From positions 128,001 through 192,000 of the forward strand of contig JAXHMY010000007.1 in the NCBI GenBank assembly GCA_034520965.1: 64,000 nt of DNA, in the 5' to 3' direction. Position numbers and translations under genes: made by a program. How positions within the stretch are numbered: the first letter of the stretch is position 1; every line of letters starts with the position of its first letter. This DNA is from Spirochaetia bacterium. Its GTDB lineage: Bacteria > Spirochaetota > Spirochaetia > DSM-16054 > Sediminispirochaetaceae. Below are positions 1 through 11,473 of the stretch, one piece after another. The notes under the pieces were generated by a model, which saw only the letters and a list, made by a program, of their open reading frames with translations, ran no database searches and was not told where the DNA came from.

Positions 1-1427
1 GCACAGATGAAAGATCCTTCCCTCATCCCAGACAGCATTCAGCGAAAAGCTTCCGCAACGTGGGACTGTGGGACATCGAATTCACTCGAACCTTTTCCGC
101 GAAATTACCTGGAAAAACGGACCGACCCACCATGGCGGCACCTATAAAGGCGTAAACTGACATTGAACTGCCCCGTGTGATCACCGGCAAGGAGGGCCCG
201 CATTCTGGCCCTGGTTGGAAAGTGGTTTCCCACCGGCGCTCATAAAGTAGGAGCCACTGCAGGGCGTCTGGCCCCCGGCCCTGACCACCTGGCAAACTTC
301 GACTCCAGCCGTCAGAGAAGCCGTTTGGCCGTCTACCGGTCACTACTGCGCGGCGGTGCGTACACCATTCAGTACCTGCCGGCCTGTGATCCAAATCGCC
401 ATTCTGCCCGCAAGAGATGAGTGAAGAGCGGTTCAACTGGCTCAAGAAGGTCGCCGGCGAGGTTATCGCCACCCCCGGTTGCGAGAGCAACGTAAAAGAG
501 ATCTTTGACAAGTGTAACGAACGGAACGCCGAGCGCAGGCGACGATATTGTAATCTTCAACCAGTTTGACCAGTTCGGAAATTACCTGTGGCACTACGAG
601 GGTAACCCGCCGAGGCGATTGAAGAGATGAGATCAAAAAAGAGGTTCCCAACGCCGAGAACTTCAAGGGTTACCTGACCACCACCGGATCCGGCAGTACA
701 CCTGGCAGCCGGAGAGTACCTGAAAACAGAAGTACCCCCACCTGAAGCTGGCCGCCGGAGAGGCGCTGCAGTGCCCCACTCTGCTGGACAACGGCTTCGG
801 AGGACACCGCATCGAGGGAATCGGGGACAAGCACGTGCCCTGGATCCACAATGTGCGGAACACCGATATGGTGATTGCGGTTGACGATAACGATGCGATG
901 AATGTCAGATGCGCCTGTTCAAGATGAGCCCGCCGGTCAGGAGTACCTGAAGCAGCAGGGCGTCTCCCAGGAGTTTCTCGACAACGCAGACCTGCTGGGC
1001 ATCTCGGGTATTCCGCAAATGTAATTGGCGCGATTAAAACGGCCAAGTACTACGAGATGGATGAGGATGATGTGATTGTGACCGTGCTGACCGACTGGGC
1101 GATGGAGCATGTACGGAATCACGGGTGACCCGAAATGAAAAGGAACCACGGCGAGTTTACCGCCACCGACGCGGCCAAGGTGCACTTCCAGGCCCTCGAG
1201 AAGCAGGGGCACCGATAACCTGCTTGAGCTGCGCTACCGAGGACCGGCAGCGGGATGCAGCGCGGCCTGAAATACTACACCTGGATCGAACGAGCAGGGT
1301 GAAGAGCTCGAAGAGCTGAACGCCCAGTGGTACGACAAGGAGTACTGGACGAACATCCAGAAAGAGACCGGAGAGATTGATAAATTGAATCGAGCAGTTT
1401 AACCGTGAAGTCGGTCTGCTGGATTAA
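1..1427 (+). CDS. PLP-dependent enzyme (fold type II, beta-subunit family), 5' partial, multiply frameshifted
   Basis: Hand translation across frames gives pieces such as LALVGKWFPTGAHKVGA, EVIATP/CESNVKEIFDKC, CPTLLDNGFGGHRIEGIGDKHVPWIHNVRNTD; ends GLLD-TAA at 1427. Confidence 0.75.
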
Positions 1428-1457
1428 ATCCAGCTTGTTAAGACAAGAGGGCAAGGG

Positions 1458-2631
1458 CTACTTCCCGATAGATGTCTTTGCCTTCACGATATCATCGATG
1501 TAGATATGCTCATCGACCACGTGGGCCATATTTGATGGGGCCGGTCCAATGCCGATAGTCGGGAATACCCGTCTGCCCGGCGCTTTCGCTGCCGTCGGTG
1601 CAGAAGGGGTAGTAGTGGGGACCTGGGTTTCATAACCCAAATTACTGCAGGCTCGAAGCGCTACTTGTACCTGTGGCGCGGTTTCGGGATAATGCAGCCC
1701 GGAAAAAAGCGCTTTCTCCGGCAGGTTGCGCCGGTGTAGGTGCGTTCGGTGGCATGTTTTATGGCAGCACTTGCCTTAAATTGGGGGTTGCGGGACTCGA
1801 ACTGGCTAATCACTTCGGTAATAGGGGTGAGTACATCCTCTTCAGTTTCATTGCTGACTAACCGTCGGTCATAGGTGGCGCGACGATGGGTTTAGGAACT
1901 AACCGAAGATCCGGGATAAGGAGAGGAGATAATGTCGGTCAGCTCCAATATACCCCTGCCGAGGAACTCACACTGCTGCATTTCAATCTTATCTATCTTC
2001 GGTAAGAGAGAAATCATGTGGCTGGCCGCATTGATACCTCGATCGGGAGTAGCCGAATGGGCGTTCTCTCCGTCAGTTTCGATTACAATTTACGAGCCCG
2101 TCCCTTCTGGCCTATGCACAATTTGAAATCGCTGGGTTCTCCCAACACCACACAATCCACGGAAAGATGATCTAAAACCTTTCCTAGTCGCGAGTCCCCT
2201 TCAAGGGTTTCCTCATAATTACCGCAGCGCAACGTAGCACATCGCCTGCCAGAGCGGCTTTGTTCAACAGCAGTTCGGCTATTCCATAGATCATAGCTGC
2301 AAGGGCACATTTCATATCGGCGGTACCCCGGCCGTAAAGTATGTCGTCTTTAATAATTCCGGAGAAGGGAGAATCACCCCAACGCTCCGGTGAGGGAACT
2401 CCCACAGTATCCATATGTCCGTCAAATAGAATGCTTCTTGGGTTTCGGCCCGTTCCCGAGGTCCCTTGAATACGGCCGACAACGTTCCCATATGCATCCA
2501 CCCACACTTGGTCGTACCCGAGGTTCTCCATCTCCGCTTTCACCAGTAGCGGCCATCTGCTCTTCTTTTCCCGACAGGCTTTCGGTTTGAATAATCCTTT
2601 GGCAAAAATCTATGAGCTGTTCAGAGTGCAT
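1458..2631 (-). CDS. M20/YgeY-like metallo-hydrolase (deacylase), frameshifted
   Basis: ESLSGKEE, DAYGNVVGRI, ILFDGHMDTV, LYGRGTADMK, IGIGP motifs spread over several frames. Confidence 0.75.
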
Positions 2632-2656
2632 AGTATGTCTCCCGTTTGTTGTCAGT

Positions 2657-3954
2657 CTAAATCCAGAGCTTTCTGCTTGTGCTGAGGGTTCGACAGCCTT
2701 CTTTTGTTATGAGCACGTTTTGTTCATAAGTGACGGTTCCCACACCTGGACTGTAAAGGGCCTTTTCCACGGCCATGTACATGCCCTCTTGCAGCACCGC
2801 CTTTTCATTTTCTACTATCCAGGGCTGCTCCCAGGTAAGGCCTAATCCATGGCCCCAGTGCGGGGGAAAGGCAGCATAAATAGTGCCGGTTTCATCCTGC
2901 ACCGAATCGAGTGATATGTCATGGGCTTCCAGATACTCATTTCCCCGATGAAATAATTCATTTACTTTTATCCCGGGGCGGATAATAGAAATAATATCCT
3001 CGCAGGCCGAGGTAACTGTCTCTATCATCTTTCGTTGAAGGGGGGAAGGACCGGCCTCTGCTTGTGCTTGGACTCCAGCTGTGGCTTTTGTTTTGGCCTC
3101 GGGCTCAACTGTTGACCCCGCTGCAGCCCTTGGGGCCGTAGCGCCGACCACGGTGGTGCGGCCAAAATCGGAGATGTACCCTTCGTAGCTGATAATTAAA
3201 TCAACCTTAAATAGTTCTCCCGCTTCAAGCTTCCTGATAGAATCGTAGCCCGGAAAATCTATGCTGTGTACCGCATCGCTGTAAGGGCCGGAGCTGGTAA
3301 CCACAAAGTAAAGCGCGGCACCCTGTTCGATGCAATAGGCGATGGCCGGAGCAATTACCTCACTTTCAGTTTTGCCGGGCTGTACTCCGTTCATAATCAT
3401 CTCTAAGGCTGCACTGCCTATCCACGACGCCGACTCTATCGACTCAATCTCACGTGGAGATTTTATAGAACGCATTTCTTCGAATAGATGCTCACAGGGA
3501 ATCAGCTCTAAACGGGGAAGTCCTTCTTGCATGCGCCGGTACATACTCACCGGAAGCACATCCTCGCCAATAATTCCGATACGTCCGGCGTCCATCTCCT
3601 TCTCTTGGGCCGTACGTGCAAATAGCTCGTAGAAGTCATCCCCGTATCGCACATCTTTGAGCGAGATAAGGTCTTGCCGAAACTCTAGGGTGCTTGCCAG
3701 TAAAACCGGCTCGCCGGAGGAGGGAATGAGGAGAAGTGAGTGGGATCGGCCGCTCCAGAGGGGCAAATTGTCAGGTAGATAACAGCGCTGTTGGTAATGA
3801 TTGGCAAAATAAGCCCCGCCGGCATAGCGGTCAAAGGTTCCTCCGCCTCTGGAGCATATCAGAATGCCTTCAAACCCAAGCTTGTGTGCAGAACTTTGCA
3901 GCTGTTTGTCTTCTGCGGAGGAACTCACTATGTGGAACATTCGTCATAAACATA
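2657..3954 (-). CDS. M24 family peptidase/hydrolase (Xaa-Pro/creatinase-like)
   Basis: RSIKSPREI, D...YEGYISDFGRT, HWGHGLGL, YEQNVLIT; true start probably near 3954 with a frameshift into ORF 2657-3940. Confidence 0.85.
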
Positions 3955-3974
3955 AAACCCTGCCCTCTCTAATA

Positions 3975-4008
3975 AGCCCCGGAGCTCCTGTATTCAGGAA
4001 CTCCGGGA
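3975..4008 (-). terminator. Intergenic stem-loop after dctP
   Basis: CCCGGAGCTCCTG-TATT-CAGGAACTCCGGG inverted repeat. Confidence 0.45.
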
Positions 4009-4027
4009 TAAGTGTGTATACTAATGA

Positions 4028-5056
4028 TTATCTGTATTCCTGCAGTTCCTCAACCAGAAGTTCCATTATTTCTTTGCCCTTTGGACCAACACTGTTGATA
4101 TAATACTCGCGAACCGGTAGGGCTGCTTCTCTGAAGTCGGCCACCTGAGCATCGGTAAGCTCTACTATCTCGATGTCGTCTTTAATTTTATCTTCAGCCC
4201 GCTTATTGTTTGCCAGTTGCAGGTCGTAAGCAACTGAATGCATCTCTTGGGATACCTCTTTAATTGCGGTTTGAATATCTCTGGGAAGAGCTTGGTAGAT
4301 GTCGTTGTTGAGAATAGTGGAGAGCATATATGGGAAATGGTTTGATTTGATGATATAATCCTGTACCTCGTAGAATTTCATCTCTTCAATAGGACCTATC
4401 GGGTTTTCATGGCCGTCGGCCATATTTAGTTGCAGTGCACTGTACACTTCGGTGTAGGGAATGGGAGTGGGGTTTGCACCGTAGGCTTTATAATTCTCTA
4501 ATATCAGCGGAGCCTGCATGGTTCTTATTTTCTGTCCCTCAAAATCTGCCGGAGAGAGAATTTTTTTGTTGGCCGTCCACTGCATCATACCCTGGGACCA
4601 CCAATCAATTACGTACATGTTTTTATCCAGGTACAACTCATTAAGGTTCTTATTAAGGGCGACACTGTTCTCCATAAATTCGAAACTTTTCTCTATATTC
4701 GCGGGAAGCAGAAAATGAAGCAGAAACAACTGTGCCTCGGGAACCAGAGTTCCCGTATTACCGGGGTTCATGACCACCATATCGATGCCACCAGTAAGTA
4801 GTTGCTCTACAAGCTCTACCCCAACTCCAAGCTGTCCGACTGGGTATACCTCGACTTTGACTCGTCCTCCGGTGCGTTCTTCAAGACGCCGGCCGAACTC
4901 TTTGCAGTAATTGTCCGGTACTGTATCGGCAATATCCTCATGGGCCATCCTAAACACAATCGGCTCATCGGAGTTCTCCTCCGCTTGTCCACCGGCCATT
5001 AGGGGGATAGTACTCACCAACACGAGAAGAGTAAAGAGAAACAATTTTTTTAACAT
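4028..5056 (-). CDS. dctP: TRAP transporter substrate-binding protein (DctP/TeaA-like)
   Basis: Signal peptide, VEVYPVGQLG, FEGQKIRTM, EVYSALQLNMADGHENP; GGAGG RBS before ATG 5056. Confidence 0.92.
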   Translation of the reverse strand: MLKKLFLFTLLVLVSTIPLMAGGQAEENSDEPIVFRMAHEDIADTVPDNYCKEFGRRLEERTGGRVKVEVYPVGQLGVGVELVEQLLTGGIDMVVMNPGNTGTLVPEAQLFLLHFLLPANIEKSFEFMENSVALNKNLNELYLDKNMYVIDWWSQGMMQWTANKKILSPADFEGQKIRTMQAPLILENYKAYGANPTPIPYTEVYSALQLNMADGHENPIGPIEEMKFYEVQDYIIKSNHFPYMLSTILNNDIYQALPRDIQTAIKEVSQEMHSVAYDLQLANNKRAEDKIKDDIEIVELTDAQVADFREAALPVREYYINSVGPKGKEIMELLVEELQEYR

Positions 5057-5129
5057 ATTGACCTCCAATTTGTAAAGCATTGCAAAATGCTTTTATAGGG
5101 TTACATAATGTACGGGCGGCGCCGATACA

Positions 5130-6396
5130 TTATCCGACAAAAAACAGGGAAACCGTGGGAAACAGGGTAATAATTATCGCCGACAGAAGCAGTAAGATAA
5201 AGAAAGGCGGTGTTCGACGAATTACATCCAGATAAGGTTTATCAAAAATTGCACAGGCCGTAAAAATATCATACCCAAAGGGCGGCGTTGCGGAGCCGAT
5301 GGCAACCTGCAAAGTAATGATAATTCCCAGATGTACCGGATCGATACCGGCGGCTATGGCGGAGGGGTAGAATATTGGAGTGAGAATGATGATAACAACA
5401 AGGGGGTCTACTAGCATACAGCCCAGGAAGAAGGCAACATTAACTGTAAGCAGTACTTTCAGGGTTGATGGATCGACACCAAGTACGGCCGAGGTAATTG
5501 TCTGGGGTATCCGTGCGTAGGAGTACCCAGGCAAAGGCGGTTCCGGTACCGACCAGCACGAATACCACTGTGGTGACAATACCAGTAGAGACGGCTATTT
5601 TAGATAAATCCGACAGCTTAACCGATTTGAAAATGAATACTTCAAGCACAATAGCGTACAGCACAGAGAACGCCGCCGCTTCTGTAGGGCTGAAGAAGCC
5701 GGAATAAATACCGCCGATGATTATCACCGGAAATCCGAAGGTGAGAAAGCTGTTTTTGGTAGCCTGCACACGCTCCCTCCAACTGGCCTTAGGAAGGAGA
5801 GGGATGTTCTTTGCCTTTGCGTAGAAGATACTGAAAAGAGAGAAAAGCACCAGGACCAAAATACCTGGTACAATTCCTGCAATAAACAGGTCTCCGATCG
5901 AAGTACCGCTGATAACCCCGTACATTATCATGCCGATGCTTGGCGGGATAAGATAGGCCAGGTCGCTAGAATTGATTATCAGGGCCATAATATCGCTGTC
6001 GTGGTAGCCTCGTGCCAGCAACTTCTCGCGCATTGGCCGGCCAATAGCTACCACCGTAGCCTGTGTTGAGCCGGATATAGAGCCAAACAGAGTACAGGTG
6101 GTGGCGGTGGTTACTGCTAAACCTCCCCACAAATGTCCTACAAAGCTTTCGACAAAATCCAGCAGCTTATGCGCAGTCCTGCCGGCGACCATAATATCGG
6201 CGGCAAACATAAACATTGGTACGGAGAGCAGTACAAAACCCTGGACACCAAGCATCATCTGCTGAACGATAACAATCGGCTGAATATTCGGGAGAAACAC
6301 CATTACCGTAACTATAGTGGCCGCCAGCATGGTTATCATCATGGGAAAACCCAGTATCAAGAGACCTACCATAATTAGTAACATTGTTGTCAGCAT
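5130..6396 (-). CDS. dctM: TRAP transporter large permease (DctM/TeaC-like), one frameshift near 5520
   Basis: LFGSISGSTQATVVAIG, LIPPSIGMIMYG, FSPTEAAA, then IDPVHLG and IGSATPPFG in a second frame. Confidence 0.9.
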
Positions 6397-6408
6397 GAAA
6401 TTATCACC

Positions 6409-6990
6409 TCAGTCTTTGGATTTTTTAGTTTCTTCGGATACCTCACCCATGTGTAATGGAAGTTCTTCAATTATACCGGTCTTGGCTTCGGATACAGTTT
6501 TTTCAGTACCAATGAAGATTTCTGTACTGCCTAGGTTCATAATAATATTCAGCAGATACTGCACTCCGCCGAGGAAAAAGCCTATTGAAAGGGGGATGGC
6601 AAAATACCACGCGGGCAGCCTTAAGGCGGGGGTTACTTTACCCAGCATGTGAATATATTGTGTGTACTTTACACTGTAGTAAGCCATATAAAAGAGGATA
6701 AGCATGGTAACCAGGGATATAAAAATAATGGTGATCTTCTGTAGTTTCGGGGGAAACACATCGAAGAAGGCGGACATTCTAATGTGCCGTGCCTTTTTGG
6801 CCGCATAGCCGATTCCAAGAAAGGTACAGATTACCAGCAGTGCCGCACCCACCTCCTCTGCAAAGGAGAGGCTGTGGCCGATCTTGCGGGCGATTACATT
6901 TGCAATCAGAATAAGGGCCATCAGGATAATGCTCATCCCGAGAATCTGCTCTTCGATTTTGGAAATTACATCGTTGATCTTTCTGATCAT
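6409..6990 (-). CDS. dctQ: TRAP transporter small permease (DctQ)
   Basis: Four hydrophobic segments, ANVIAR..SFAEE, ARHIRM; adjacent to dctM. Confidence 0.9.
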   Translation of the reverse strand: MIRKINDVISKIEEQILGMSIILMALILIANVIARKIGHSLSFAEEVGAALLVICTFLGIGYAAKKARHIRMSAFFDVFPPKLQKITIIFISLVTMLILFYMAYYSVKYTQYIHMLGKVTPALRLPAWYFAIPLSIGFFLGGVQYLLNIIMNLGSTEIFIGTEKTVSEAKTGIIEELPLHMGEVSEETKKSKD

Positions 6991-7212
6991 ATTAACACCC
7001 ACCTACTGGATTGATTTGAATACAACCAAGTTGATTATATAACAACTATATTAACCAGTCAAATTTTTTCTGCATTAATTTTTTTTTTGAAAAGCTTCCT
7101 GCCGGCGTTAGGCGGCCTGTCAATTGAAGGTGATGAGATAGGCGCAACTGCCCTGTTCCTGAACCTCTCCTCAAAGTAGTGGCGCTAAGAGCCGCGGTAA
7201 AGTAATGCAGTC

Positions 7213-9765
7213 TTATCTGCCGCCCCTGGGTTTACTGCGGTCGGTGGGTTCGGCGGACAGGGGGTCTTCCGGCCAATAGTGCTTGGGGTAGCGGCCGCGC
7301 AGCTCCTTCCGTACCTCCGGGTAGGTCTGCCGCCAGAAGGAGTGGAGGTCGCGGGTTACCTGCACGGGCCGCCCGGCGGGGGAGAGGAGCTCGATTTCTA
7401 CCGGCACCCCGGCCACTCGGGGGGTAACCGGAAGCCCGAAGAGCTGCTGAATGCGGGCGGCCAGGATACAGCGGCCCCCCTCGTAGCGCAGCCGCCGGGA
7501 TGTTCCTGAAGGCAGGGTCAGCTGCTCCGGGGCCAGCTGATCAATTTTGCGTTGCAGCTGCCAGGGCAGCAGCGAGCGCAGTGCCTGGGCCAGGGGCAGC
7601 TCTTTCAGGGAGTTCTGCTTCAGCCTGCGCGGCAGGAAAGGCTCCAGCCACTCCTCAAGCCCGTCCCCCAGGGCCTCGTCGCCGACATCCGGCCACAGCT
7701 CTCCCTGTACCTCCCGCAGAAAGGCAATCCGCCGGCGCAGCTCCTGGGCCCCGCGGCTCCAGGGCAGGCGGCTAAGCCCTTCTTTGTTCAGTATTTCCTG
7801 TTTCAACAGCTCTAAGAAGGCCTCCCGGGGAGAGGACAAGTCCGCAGGCGCAATTGGGGTAGAGGAGACTTGCAGGCCTCCTGCTGGTTCTGTGCCTTCC
7901 CCCAGGATTTTGAGCCGTCGGGCTCTGAGCAAGCCATTTTCATCGATACTCAACTGCTCCTGCTCTCGGGCGTGTTCGGTAATAAAGGCCTGTACTTCCG
8001 CCTGAGACAGGGCCGCAGCAAGGTAAATGAGCCCCTCCCGCTGGCCGCGGTGCAGGGCTCCGGCCACAATCCACTCCGGTGCGAACCCCCGCTTCCCCTC
8101 GATAAGGCGCGCCTCCGGCCCGCTTGCCAGACGGTATCGGCCTTGCTCGGTACGCCGGGCAATCCGGTCAGGATACGCCCCCAGCAGCAGCCATCCGGGA
8201 CTGTTTGCTGGGCCTTTGGTGTCAGCAGCCCCTGAGTTGCGCGCGTGGCCGGCGGCCAGGTACTCGAGTCGCTCCGCCTCCTGTAAAACTCGCTCTGCCG
8301 GCCTGCGGGAAAGTTCTGGCGGAAGAGCACCGCGAGCCTGCTCAAGCAGCTCTACCCTCAGAGCCAGGTCGGCCCCAAAGGTATCACGCAGCTCCGGCCG
8401 CAGGGGATCGCCGTGCTCCAGAATCGCTGCTGTGAGGGCTGCGGTCTGGACGGAGGAATATGTGGGGCTCCCGCTGCTGTGGCTTGCTGCGGCCGCTTCG
8501 GTCAGCATGGAGGCCAAACGCGGTGCTACCGGCATGCGGGCCATGGCCGCCCCCTTGGCTGTGGGAACTCCCTTCTCATCGATGGCAGCGAGCTCCCGCA
8601 GCAGCTCCAGCGCCTCTGTGCGACGTTCTGCCTCCGGCGGGTCCGGCCAGGGGCAGGAACTGCCCTGGGTGTCTCCCCACACTGCCAGGGTCAAGAACAG
8701 TCCGGAGAGGTCGGCCTGTTTAATTTCCGGCGGGTCGAACTCATCCAGACGCTCGTAGCTTTCCCACAGACGTATCACCGTTCCAGGGCCCAGTCGGCCG
8801 GCCCGTCCTGCCCGCTGGGTGGCGGAGGCGGCGCTGATGCGTACTGTCTGCAGACGGGAGAGTCCGGTATCCGGGTTCCAGCTGCTGCGGCGGCGCAGGC
8901 CGGAGTCTATCACACAGCGGATACCCTCGATGGTCAGGCTTGTCTCGGCAATATTGGTGGCAATCACAATTTTGCGTCGCCCCGCCTTGGGAGGAGCAAT
9001 GGCCTGGGATTGTTCCTGTGGGCTCAGACGCCCGTAGAGGGGATGCACTTCTACCTCCTCGGGGAGCTGGGAGGCACGCAGGGCCTCGGCCGCCCGGCGA
9101 ATCTCCGCCTCTCCGGGTAAAAAGAACAGAATGCTTCCCTGGTTTTCGCTTATCCAGCGGCGGCACTCCTCGGCCCCATGCTGTTCGGGGTGGTAGTGAA
9201 CCGTGAGCGGGTGGAGGCTTCCTTCGGCCTGCAGCACGGTAAAGGGGTCGGCGGAGAACTGTTTCGTATTCAGGGTGGCCGACATTACCAGCAGTCGCAG
9301 GTCGGGGCGAAACAGGTCGCGGCACTGCCGGGCAAGAACATAGGCCAGGTCGGTGGCCAGGGAGCGTTCGTGAAACTCGTCCAGAATAACCGCCGCCGTA
9401 TCTTGCGCCTCGGGGTCTTCTAACAGCCGCCGGGTGAAAATACCCTCGGTCATTACGATGATATCCGAATTTTTGGGCACCGAGCGCTCGTAGCGGGTAA
9501 CGTAGCCTATACGGGTCTGCCCGCCGCCGAGTTCATTGAGCCGGGCCGCCAGGGCACGGACCGCCGGGCGCCGGGGCTGCAGCAGCAGGATCGTTCGTCC
9601 CTGCCGCCACTCCGCATCCAGCAGAAAAAAGGGAACCAGTGTCGATTTGCCGCTGCCCGGCGGGGCCTCGATTACCGGAATGCGCTGTGCCTTAAGCTCT
9701 TGCTGAATGGCCGGCCGCAGAGAGAGCACCGGATAGGAGGGCAGTTGTACTTCCTTGTTGTGCAT
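7213..9765 (-). CDS. hrpB: ATP-dependent RNA helicase HrpB
   Basis: APPGSGKST, DEFHERS, MSATL, ATNIAETSLTI, QRAGRAGR, C-terminal ELRGRYPKHYWPEDP. Confidence 0.95.
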   Translation of the reverse strand: MHNKEVQLPSYPVLSLRPAIQQELKAQRIPVIEAPPGSGKSTLVPFFLLDAEWRQGRTILLLQPRRPAVRALAARLNELGGGQTRIGYVTRYERSVPKNSDIIVMTEGIFTRRLLEDPEAQDTAAVILDEFHERSLATDLAYVLARQCRDLFRPDLRLLVMSATLNTKQFSADPFTVLQAEGSLHPLTVHYHPEQHGAEECRRWISENQGSILFFLPGEAEIRRAAEALRASQLPEEVEVHPLYGRLSPQEQSQAIAPPKAGRRKIVIATNIAETSLTIEGIRCVIDSGLRRRSSWNPDTGLSRLQTVRISAASATQRAGRAGRLGPGTVIRLWESYERLDEFDPPEIKQADLSGLFLTLAVWGDTQGSSCPWPDPPEAERRTEALELLRELAAIDEKGVPTAKGAAMARMPVAPRLASMLTEAAAASHSSGSPTYSSVQTAALTAAILEHGDPLRPELRDTFGADLALRVELLEQARGALPPELSRRPAERVLQEAERLEYLAAGHARNSGAADTKGPANSPGWLLLGAYPDRIARRTEQGRYRLASGPEARLIEGKRGFAPEWIVAGALHRGQREGLIYLAAALSQAEVQAFITEHAREQEQLSIDENGLLRARRLKILGEGTEPAGGLQVSSTPIAPADLSSPREAFLELLKQEILNKEGLSRLPWSRGAQELRRRIAFLREVQGELWPDVGDEALGDGLEEWLEPFLPRRLKQNSLKELPLAQALRSLLPWQLQRKIDQLAPEQLTLPSGTSRRLRYEGGRCILAARIQQLFGLPVTPRVAGVPVEIELLSPAGRPVQVTRDLHSFWRQTYPEVRKELRGRYPKHYWPEDPLSAEPTDRSKPRGGR

Positions 9766-9922
9766 ATCACTCTAGTGTACCCTACAATCCCTTAGAGTTT
9801 GAACCACTAGGGTCGGCTGTTTGTTTTGAACTGTGGGGCGACAGCCGGCCAAGAAAACTTTTTGGAATTATCGTGGATTGACGGCTATAACAGAGTTACA
9901 TTCTACTTATAAGGAGCACGCA

Positions 9923-10504
9923 ATGCACAAAACACATATCTACTGGCTGGTGATGCTGTCCGTTTTTCTGCTGGGTCCCGTATTTCACGGAGCTGCCTTG
10001 GGCGGACGTGAGGCTGAAGAGGAGAGCCCGGTTCTTACAGAAGAGGAATCACGGGAGATAGAACTGTATATGATTCATCCGGCACCGGGAACATCCGCTG
10101 TCGCCGCAGTACCGCGGCCGACGGGGCAGGCCGCCTGGTATCTGTTCCAGAAAGTAGAGACCTCCGGAGGAAGGGTCCGTGTGACGGGAAACAGACAGCT
10201 CTCCGGCCCGATTCTATCACGGGAGATGAGCGGTCTTACCGGTCAGCTGCGGCTCAGCCGCTTCAGAATGTCCCTGGAGCCCCAGGCTACACTATCCTAC
10301 CGCAATCCCCGGGAAGTGCAAGTGAGCTTTGATCTGGATGATATGCTTAATGGGAGCAGGGTGGATCTGCAGCCGGCCCAGCAGGCGGTGGTCCAGGCTG
10401 CCCGCTCGGAGGACACCGGCACTTTCCTTATGCGGGTGAAGTCGATGTCGGTTGATGGCCGTAGGTGGACTGCGGTGGTAGAGGTGGCCGACCCGGTTCA
10501 GTAA
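9923..10504 (+). CDS. Exported hypothetical protein
   Basis: AAGGAG RBS, N-terminal signal peptide, no recognised domain. Confidence 0.65.
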   Translation: MHKTHIYWLVMLSVFLLGPVFHGAALGGREAEEESPVLTEEESREIELYMIHPAPGTSAVAAVPRPTGQAAWYLFQKVETSGGRVRVTGNRQLSGPILSREMSGLTGQLRLSRFRMSLEPQATLSYRNPREVQVSFDLDDMLNGSRVDLQPAQQAVVQAARSEDTGTFLMRVKSMSVDGRRWTAVVEVADPVQ

Positions 10505-10708
10505 AGCCTGCCGGAAAAGTGGAGAAAACTGGTGCAGTAGGGTACCCAATGCCTGTGCCTCGATGCCGTTAGTCAATGTTTTCAGGCGCCAAATTTGATT
10601 GACTAACCGTATCGGGCTCAAGCTGTTTTGGTTGCCTTCTCCCACCACCTTTTCCCGCCACCTTATCCCAGCAAAATGACCGTCCGGCGGCCCACAATCA
10701 CTATATCA

Positions 10709-11473
10709 CTATATTGGAATTACCGTTGGGTGACCGCCGGCCTCCACCACTTGCGCATCCATAGCGTATACCTCTCGTATGGCAGGGGGGCTTATTATTT
10801 CTCTGCCCCCGGCAGCGTAGATTCGGCCATCCTTGAGCAGGAGAAACTTGTCGGAATAACGCAGCGCGAGGTTGATGTCATGCATGCTCATTACCGCAGC
10901 CCGGGGGGCGGCGTGAATAAGGGATTGGATCTTTCCCATAAGACGGTGCTGGTTGCTTATGTCCAGGCTGCTGGTGGGCTCGTCGAACAGGATTGCCCGG
11001 GGCTCCTGTGCCATGGCCCGGGCAATTTGGACCATCTGGAACTCTCCGCCGCTTATTTCGTCGGCATAGCGCAGGGAAAGATGTTCCAGCCCCATCATCC
11101 GGATTGCCTCCATCGCCTGCCGATGGTCCTCCTTGCCGGGGCTCCACTTGAAATGGGGTTTGCGGCCCAGCAGTATCAGGTCGTACACCTTCATGCTGGA
11201 GACCTCGCCCCGCTGGGGTACCCAGCCCATCTTTCCGGCGATCTTCCTGCGGCTCATTTCCCGGGTATCTTGGCCGTCGATAAGCACCGTTCCGCCCCGG
11301 GGCCCTTTCCGGGGAGAAAGGACCCGGTTGAGGCACTTGAGCAGAGTGGTTTTGCCCGCTCCGTTCGGGCCGAGAATGGAAAGTATCTCTCCCTCATGAA
11401 CGGACAAAGCTACGTCCCGGATGACTGGAACGCTGTTATAGCGGAAGTTCAGTCCGTCGACCTGTAGAATCAT
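10709..11473 (-). CDS. ABC transporter ATP-binding protein (FepC/BtuD-like)
   Basis: GPNGAGKTT, ISGGEFQ, LFDEPTS, MHDINLA. Confidence 0.92.
   Translation of the reverse strand: MILQVDGLNFRYNSVPVIRDVALSVHEGEILSILGPNGAGKTTLLKCLNRVLSPRKGPRGGTVLIDGQDTREMSRRKIAGKMGWVPQRGEVSSMKVYDLILLGRKPHFKWSPGKEDHRQAMEAIRMMGLEHLSLRYADEISGGEFQMVQIARAMAQEPRAILFDEPTSSLDISNQHRLMGKIQSLIHAAPRAAVMSMHDINLALRYSDKFLLLKDGRIYAAGGREIISPPAIREVYAMDAQVVEAGGHPTVIPI

Noticed and set aside
1..2631. Dense frameshifts as real pseudogenes or programmed recoding
   Set aside because: Many scattered indels while motifs stay conserved; best explained by low-quality long-read consensus, as at 19-22 kb
3050..3145. Ala-rich low-complexity insertions in M24, HrpB, the activator and PrsW as inteins or mobile inserts
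   Set aside because: Short, unrelated to each other, no splicing motifs
7279..9423. Long + strand ORFs inside hrpB and similar shadow ORFs (10628, 12518, 46911, 48555, 61852)
   Set aside because: Antisense to well-supported genes, no motifs
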